Source: Lama guanicoe (lineage: Eukaryota). Taken from it: DNA of 64,000 nucleotides. Position 1 is the first letter of the stretch. Each line of letters opens with the position of its first letter. The position numbers and the translations under genes were made by a program. Below the pieces are notes generated by a model that made no database searches, was not told the origin of the DNA, and was given only the letters and a program-made list of their open reading frames with translations. Below are positions 57,718 through 64,000 of the stretch, in pieces. The DNA is taken from NCBI GenBank assembly GCA_013239625.1, contig MU054925.1:3232829-3296828 (forward strand), written 5' to 3'.

Positions 57718-60628
57718 GTAAACCATTTTACAATGTGAGTACATCGTCTTCCCTTTCATTCCAAAAATGTGTTTCTGTGCATTGTAACACCACTAATGAA
57801 CCGCCCCCGTGGGGAGGGCAGTGGAAACAGGCCATGGTTTGCTCACATTGGTCTGACTTCTAATAAACTTCACAGGAGAAATCAAATTAAACCAACCCAC
57901 CCACCCACTCAGGAGTTCAAGGTCCCTCCCCGAGAGTAAAGCCCTTCAGAGCTGCCTGTGTTCCACAGGATAAAGCAGAGAGCTCTCCACTCCTAGTTGG
58001 GAGCATGTGAAGCTACTAAAGGCAGCCCTGCACCCCAAAAGGTATTGCTCTGGCTGACAGCAGGTTCCCAGAGCCATTTACATTGGCCTGGCTGCAAAAA
58101 GGCCAGTGAAGTCCAGCCTGCTGCTTCCTCCAGGCTCCTGGGGCAGCCTTCAGTTGGGACTCTGGGCTGCAGCCTCCAGGCCCACACTGCCTAGGGGAAG
58201 ATACAATTGGATTTGAGCCTTTATATAGTTTCCCTTTGAAGGCATGACAGGGCAACACGAACCCATGATGCCTTGTTCCAGGTTAAAGCTTGAGGCAGGA
58301 GGCCCCCCTGTGTGCTGACTGATGGGCCACAGGCCTTCACATGGCAGGTCTTCAGGCTCAGTGGACCAAGAAGTCACTGCTGCCCAGGATCTCACCAACA
58401 TCCTCCTTGCCACTGTCAACAATCTACTGGCAATGAAAGGAAAAAGGAGCAACCACGATCTCTTCATTCAGATACGGCAGTTCTACCTCACTGAGTTATT
58501 TCCATTAGTTACAAGAAACTTGTTCATGACCTTGACTTACAAGTTTCCATGATGGGTGGCTTGGCTGAGGCCCAGAGTTGGACAAATCAGTCAGATGGCA
58601 CACAGTACCCAGCTGGTATTCTGTGGTTTCTCAAGCACAGTGATACTTGCCATGTGGCTGGGTGAGGAGCTGCCCCTCTTAAGGCACCTTGGAGCAGGTG
58701 GTGAGAAAACTCATCCCAGGGAGGGAGGACAGCTCAGAAGGAAGTCCTGACCATGGCCCTCTGCATCTGCTCTGTACTGGGACAGTGTACCACAGAAAAG
58801 CCCTCAGAAACTGCAGGAGCCACTCCTAGGGAATACAAACTCTGTGTGTGTGTTTGTGCGTGCATGTCAGGAGGAGGGTAAGGCCACACCCGCGAGGCCA
58901 GACCGTCCAGGCCCACACACCAATAAGGCCTTGTGTGATCAGACATCATCCATGCCCTATTGGTTAACTGCACAACTACGGCCCAGAAACCAAAGCCCTT
59001 AGAAAATCAGGATACAGGGAGAAACCATCACTCACTGGCTACTTCTTTGTTGCCGAAACCCACTACCCAGCAGGTGCCAAGACAAGCCTTGAGACGAGGA
59101 GATCCTCTGGGGTCTGCATAACCCAGTTTCCTGCCTTCACAGACAATGGCTCCCCTACACTGCAGGCCTTGGTTTGGAAACATTAGGAGCTCAAGACTGA
59201 AAGTGAAGCTCTGATTCTGGGCTCAGCGAGGTATAGGAAACAGCTGCAGCCACAGGTTGTTCAAAATGAAACAGGAGGGCAAAGTTAAGGTAAGTCAGTG
59301 ATGCCTGTCATCCACCAGGACCCAAGTGACAGGGGCCTGTGCCCCTGGTCTTCATTGGTGGGAGCGGCCGAGGGTGGGGTAAGGGAAGAGCACAAAATGA
59401 GAGCATAAACAGGCTCCCATCTCACAAGCCGCCTTGCCTGGCCTGGCCTCGCCTCTCCCCTCCGGCTGCAGATGCCTAACCCAGCAGAGTCACCTCCCAC
59501 AGCCGTTCAGGTCCCAGCTCCTCTCAGCACCCCTGCTTCTGGACTCCTTGAAGAAGATGGGCTGGGAAGGCCTCCTCAAGGCTTGTGCCCTATGTCCCAG
59601 ACAGGAGGGACTGCAGGAGGCAGCGGACAAACCCAGGGTGCCTGGTTCAACAGCATGGCTCACATGCCACAACTCAGACCCAATCTGCTTGAGTAGGACA
59701 TCTTTTCCTGGAGGTCTAACAAGAAGGTTCTGGGTGGTGTGGCCTCCCTGCACTGGTCTCACTTTCAGCTTGCACCTTAGTGGTACAGTTTTCTATTCCT
59801 AAACTTCCATGGCTGCCTCTGGGCTGGGACAAAACACTGGGCTGCTCCACCACAGCAGGGCAAGTCCCTGGGTCAGCCCTCTCCATGGCCGGGCAGTAGA
59901 TTCCCAAAGTGACTGGGGCCTGTGCCCACGCTGAGGAATGAGAGTACAAGCTTAGATGCACCTCGTCCTGCCTATAGGCGCAGAGCGTGAGCTCTCTCAC
60001 CTCCACCACCAGCCACCCCGCAACTTTGGAGGCTGTGAAAAACAGGATCACTTGGTCAGGAAGGCAATCTCTAGACTGTTGCCCAAAACAAGTCAATGAC
60101 ACTAGAATGACAGGCACTGGGGAGCCAGAGAGGAGGTCCCCGGAGCTGGGTTCAGAGCCCAGTTCTGAAGGCTGCACCAGTGGGAGGCGAGGAGGCCCAG
60201 GCTGCGTTTTAAACTCAGATTTGGAGGCTCTGAAGAGAGGCGGCGGGGAGGGGGACAAACAAGAGTGGCCTTGGAATGTCCATTTCTCCGGACTCAACAA
60301 CGTCCTCTCACACTCCTTTCTTGGTCACATTTAACTAAGACTTCTAACCTGCCAGCAGAAATGCCAAGGAGCTGCTGGGTCCTGGGCAGGGCCCTTCCTG
60401 TTCCACACACACAAGGCCCCTGAATCTACATCCAGACCAGCTGCCTCCTGCTCAGGCCTGACCTTCGCGGAACCACTGGGTTTGCTGAGATCAGACAGGA
60501 CCCATTTCCCTTCCTACCGGAATCATTTTACCTCATCTGATTACAGATTACCTAACAGTGTTCCAAATAAAAGACTCCCGACTTTTTCCTCCCACCAGTC
60601 CATGTCCCATGAAAGGCAAACAAACCCA

Positions 60629-60634
60629 TTTATT
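60629..60634 (-). terminator. STIMATE proximal polyadenylation signal candidate (AATAAA)
   Basis: Minus-strand AATAAA at the end of a U-rich block about 630 nt after the stop codon, followed by TGGGTTTGTTTG. Confidence 0.5.
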
Positions 60635-61257
60635 TGGGGATTAAAAAGAGTTTTTAAATACAATAGTATGAAAATATAACTTAAAAATATAAAAGTCAAC
60701 AGCATACGGAAGACTTAAAAATCTATGTTTTGCCATTAGTCCCATAGGAAATAAACACATACTCAAAAAACATTAACACTGTGACAGCTCATAAAACCTG
60801 CTATAGAAATCAATAGTTACAAAAGCCATTTTGATTAAGAAAGCGTCGCGGTTCCAACTTGGTCAATGAGTAACGTTTAGCCCCAAACACGTTATGTCTT
60901 CACACTCCCCCGAAAGGCAAGGCTCCACCCACTGGTTGTGTGCACAAGAGTTTTCCTCCTCGAGGCCACCCAGCAGGACGCAGGACGCAGGACAGGGATT
61001 CTGGGTCCCTCACAACACCGCTCAGACGACAACAAACAAACAACACGCCTCGCTTGCATATTTGGTCAGTGTTTGTAGTGCAACGTGGGGACCTCCAGCT
61101 GCCAAGGCCCGGCTGGCATCCTCCCTCGCAAGTCACAGCAGTCTGGGGGCAGGCGGAGACAGCGAGAGGAGAGGAGGTAGAAGGGGGCAGAGAGAGAAGG
61201 GGAGGAGGGACGCAGTGGAGCGACCCTCTGCCGACCCAACCCCGGTTTGGGAATGCG

Positions 61258-63338
61258 TCATACGGGCAGCCCGAAGCGGTGCTTCTTTTTCTTTGAGGGT
61301 TTTAGGGGGGTCAGTCTCCGGAGGTCCTCCTCCACGTCGGACTCCTCCATCTCATCATCGGCCGAGATCAGGATCTAAATGGCGGAGAGGCATGGCCCTG
61401 AGTCATCACCAGCAGTGCCCTCTTTACCTGCCTGCCCTGGACCCCCGCATGGGATGGCAGCCTGTCTAGGAGGCCTTGAGTCTCAGGTTTCTTTAGAAGA
61501 GGATACAGGGAGGCTCCCTGTACAGAGAGAAACAAGCTTGTCCACCCCAGATCTCATTCACGCCAGATGCTTTCACAGGCTACCGACACCAGCACTGAGT
61601 CGAACACCTTCCCCTCCGCTTGCGCTCCCTGATTCTCACCCAGCCTCTAGCTGGGACTGAACCCCCATCAGAACAAACTCAGCCTACGGTCATTCTGGAA
61701 AAAAAGCCCAGTCTTGACACATGGAGTCCCAGGTCCCTGATGTTGTCTCTAATACAGCAAAAGCAAAAGTGAAAAGCCCTTTTCGAAAGAAAAAGACATC
61801 TGTGGGGCACATGTGAGGCAGAGTGATTTCAGAGTAGCTGCTCAGAACCAGCCTAGTAACTTCTGAAGACAAACAAGAGCCCTCCACTCTCCGAGCCCCT
61901 GGAACGCCTCAGCAGTGTAGCCAGGGCATCTGGGCAAACACTCACCCACTGCCCACACGCCTGGCTCCTCAGACCCCAGAGCACCAGGGAAGGACTGGGA
62001 CAGCCCATGTCACGATAGAGAGGCCCAAGGCGCACCTGTGCAGGGGGGCTCACTCCACTCCAGGACGGGGCGGTCTCACCACTGCTCACTGCAGGGCTTC
62101 CTGCCTCTAGTCTCTGTCCCCAGATTAAACACTCTCTGGCTCCCTGCTGCCTGCACAAGTGCACCCCCATTCCTTGCCCTGGATCACAAACACCTTGCCC
62201 AGTGAGCTCAGATCTTTGCCTGTACCTACTTCTTGTCTTTCCCTCCCAGCTTTCAGAATATACGCTGCTCTGGCCACAGCGAATGTCACATTATCACCCA
62301 AACACCAAACCACATGACCCGATTGCTCAGGAGCGGCTGCTTCTGCCTGTAATGCTGTTTGTCATTCACCTCATGTTCACTGCACTCTCCCAACATGACA
62401 GGCCCCATGCCAGATTCTAGGACCACCTAGAGAAGGGATGGACTTCCCCTCTGTCCTCCATCTAGTCGGCTTTCAAAGCTCCCTACAGGACACCCCAGGA
62501 ACTAAACAGATTGCTCCAAGCCCTTTCAGGGCTCTGTCAGGACTCATCGCAGAAGGCTACAGGGGGCTGCTCAGGCTTTCGCCTTCCTCATCCACAAGCC
62601 TGAAGGCCTCTCTTGGAAGACGTCACCTCAGCCGTTCTGCAGCCCCGACCCAGTGCAGGTGCAGAGTGTGTGCTGCGGACTGACTGGGACACACCATCTT
62701 GCCTCCAGGCTCCCATTTATGACCACCATCCTCTCTGAAGTCCAGACCTCTGAGCTTAGGAAACTTGAAAATACGGGGAGAGGGGGAGATGAGCTTCTCC
62801 CTGGGAGGTCTGGCCACATCTACACTTTAGAAGTTTCTAGCTGGCTTAGCCAACACTTCCCTTGCTCCTTAGCCACGGGGCAGGGATTCAAATGCCTTGA
62901 TGCTTGAAGGTCGACGATCAGGCCCATGCGTCTTTGACAGCTCCCCCAGAACAAGGCAGCTCCCACCTTTCTTGTCTTTCTCCATCGACAGATGGACTGT
63001 TGGAGGCAAGCCACCCCCACCTGATGCTCCACATCCCTGCTGGAGGAATGGGTTCCCGGCTGGATGGCAGCTGTCAGCCTCCTTTCCCTCCCGCCAGCCG
63101 GCGCTGGGACTCAGCACTCAAGAGAAGGCCAGACGCAAACACAAGACCAGAGGCCTCTGGGGTCAGTGGCACGAGGGCCTGGCCCTACCTCAGACTCCGA
63201 CTCCTCGTGGGATGCGGCCCTTCGGTAGCGGACCTTGCTCCCATTCCTTGAGTCCTGGTTGGCTCCCCTTTCTTCTAGCTTAGCTTTCGTCCTCCCCTTT
63301 CTCATGAGGAAATTGTCTACTACCCAAAACATCAAAGC
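61258..63338 (-). CDS. STIMATE: STIM-activating enhancer (TMEM110), last two coding exons; 5' exons outside the window
   Basis: Exon 63189-63338 encodes [50 protein letters not shown]. Exon 61258-61374 encodes [38 protein letters not shown]. Both have GT-AG boundaries. The polybasic tail and synteny with MUSTN1/ITIH4 support the call. Confidence 0.95.
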
Positions 63339-64000
63339 CTGTGGGAAGGAAGGTGCAGGTTAGTCTGAGATGAGCCATTTGTGAAAGCAAAGCAGAGCAG
63401 GCCCCACATCCAACCCTCCCACCCTCGTTCCAGATCACAGCATCTAGAACCAGGGAAGGGAAAACCTCATCTGGGCCCCTCGCTCTATCTCAGAAGTCTA
63501 GGAAGAGACTCCCAAACTCTAAGTCCTTTGCTTCTGTTTCATCCTAAGGGGTTCTCTGGTGGTGACTGATGACGACAGCTTGCCCCAGCTGCTCCAGCAG
63601 CTGTCAGAGTGGGGCCTGAACCAAGGTCTCCAGACTCCTGGTGGGGCTCCTTCCCTGGGCCGAGCGGTTGGTAGGCACACCCCACCACATCTATCAAACC
63701 CAGGTTCTTCTACCATTTCTCATCTAATTTCCTAATTTCTAGCCAGTGTGCTTGTGAGTCTCTCTTGAAGCCCTGTGGTCAGGAATAAATGATGGGAGTG
63801 AATCCCTAATGATCTTAATCTAGAAGTCGCTGTTACATACAGGGTGGGGCTCCTCCTCAGCTCCTCCTCCCTGGCAGGGAGGACCCTCCATGCTGCACAG
63901 AGACCCTGGAGCAGTGATCTGCCTGTTGAGGAAGTGATCCTGCCATTTCCAGGTCTGGGGTGGGAGGAGGAGGTGGCAAATGCTCACACGGAGGGACCTG

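Overview
Mammalian genomic DNA, very probably camelid, judged from two tRNA-Ala-derived Vic-1-type SINEs. It is syntenic with the human 3p21.1 cluster. Gene order: ITIH1 (+, 22 coding exons, 2893-16165, 910 aa), ITIH3 (+, 22 exons, 19501-32893, 891 aa), ITIH4 (-, 24 exons, 51880-36699, ~934 aa, exon 14 partly in an N-gap), MUSTN1 (-, 3 exons, 82 aa) and the last two exons plus long 3'UTR of STIMATE/TMEM110 (-). I traced all exons by hand from GT-AG boundaries and reading phase. All visible frames are intact. Also present: a solo ERV1-type LTR with a 4-bp TSD, a MER53-like MITE split by an MLT1 LTR, MIR/L2/L1 remnants, microsatellites and two assembly gaps. I see no evidence of a wholly new biological system. 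The most notable observations are a splice donor overlapping the STIMATE stop codon that would give an in-frame STIMATE-MUSTN1 fusion, a rewritten ITIH4 protease-bait region, and frame-preserving microexon cassettes in all three ITIH linkers. Human comparisons are from memory and were not computed.
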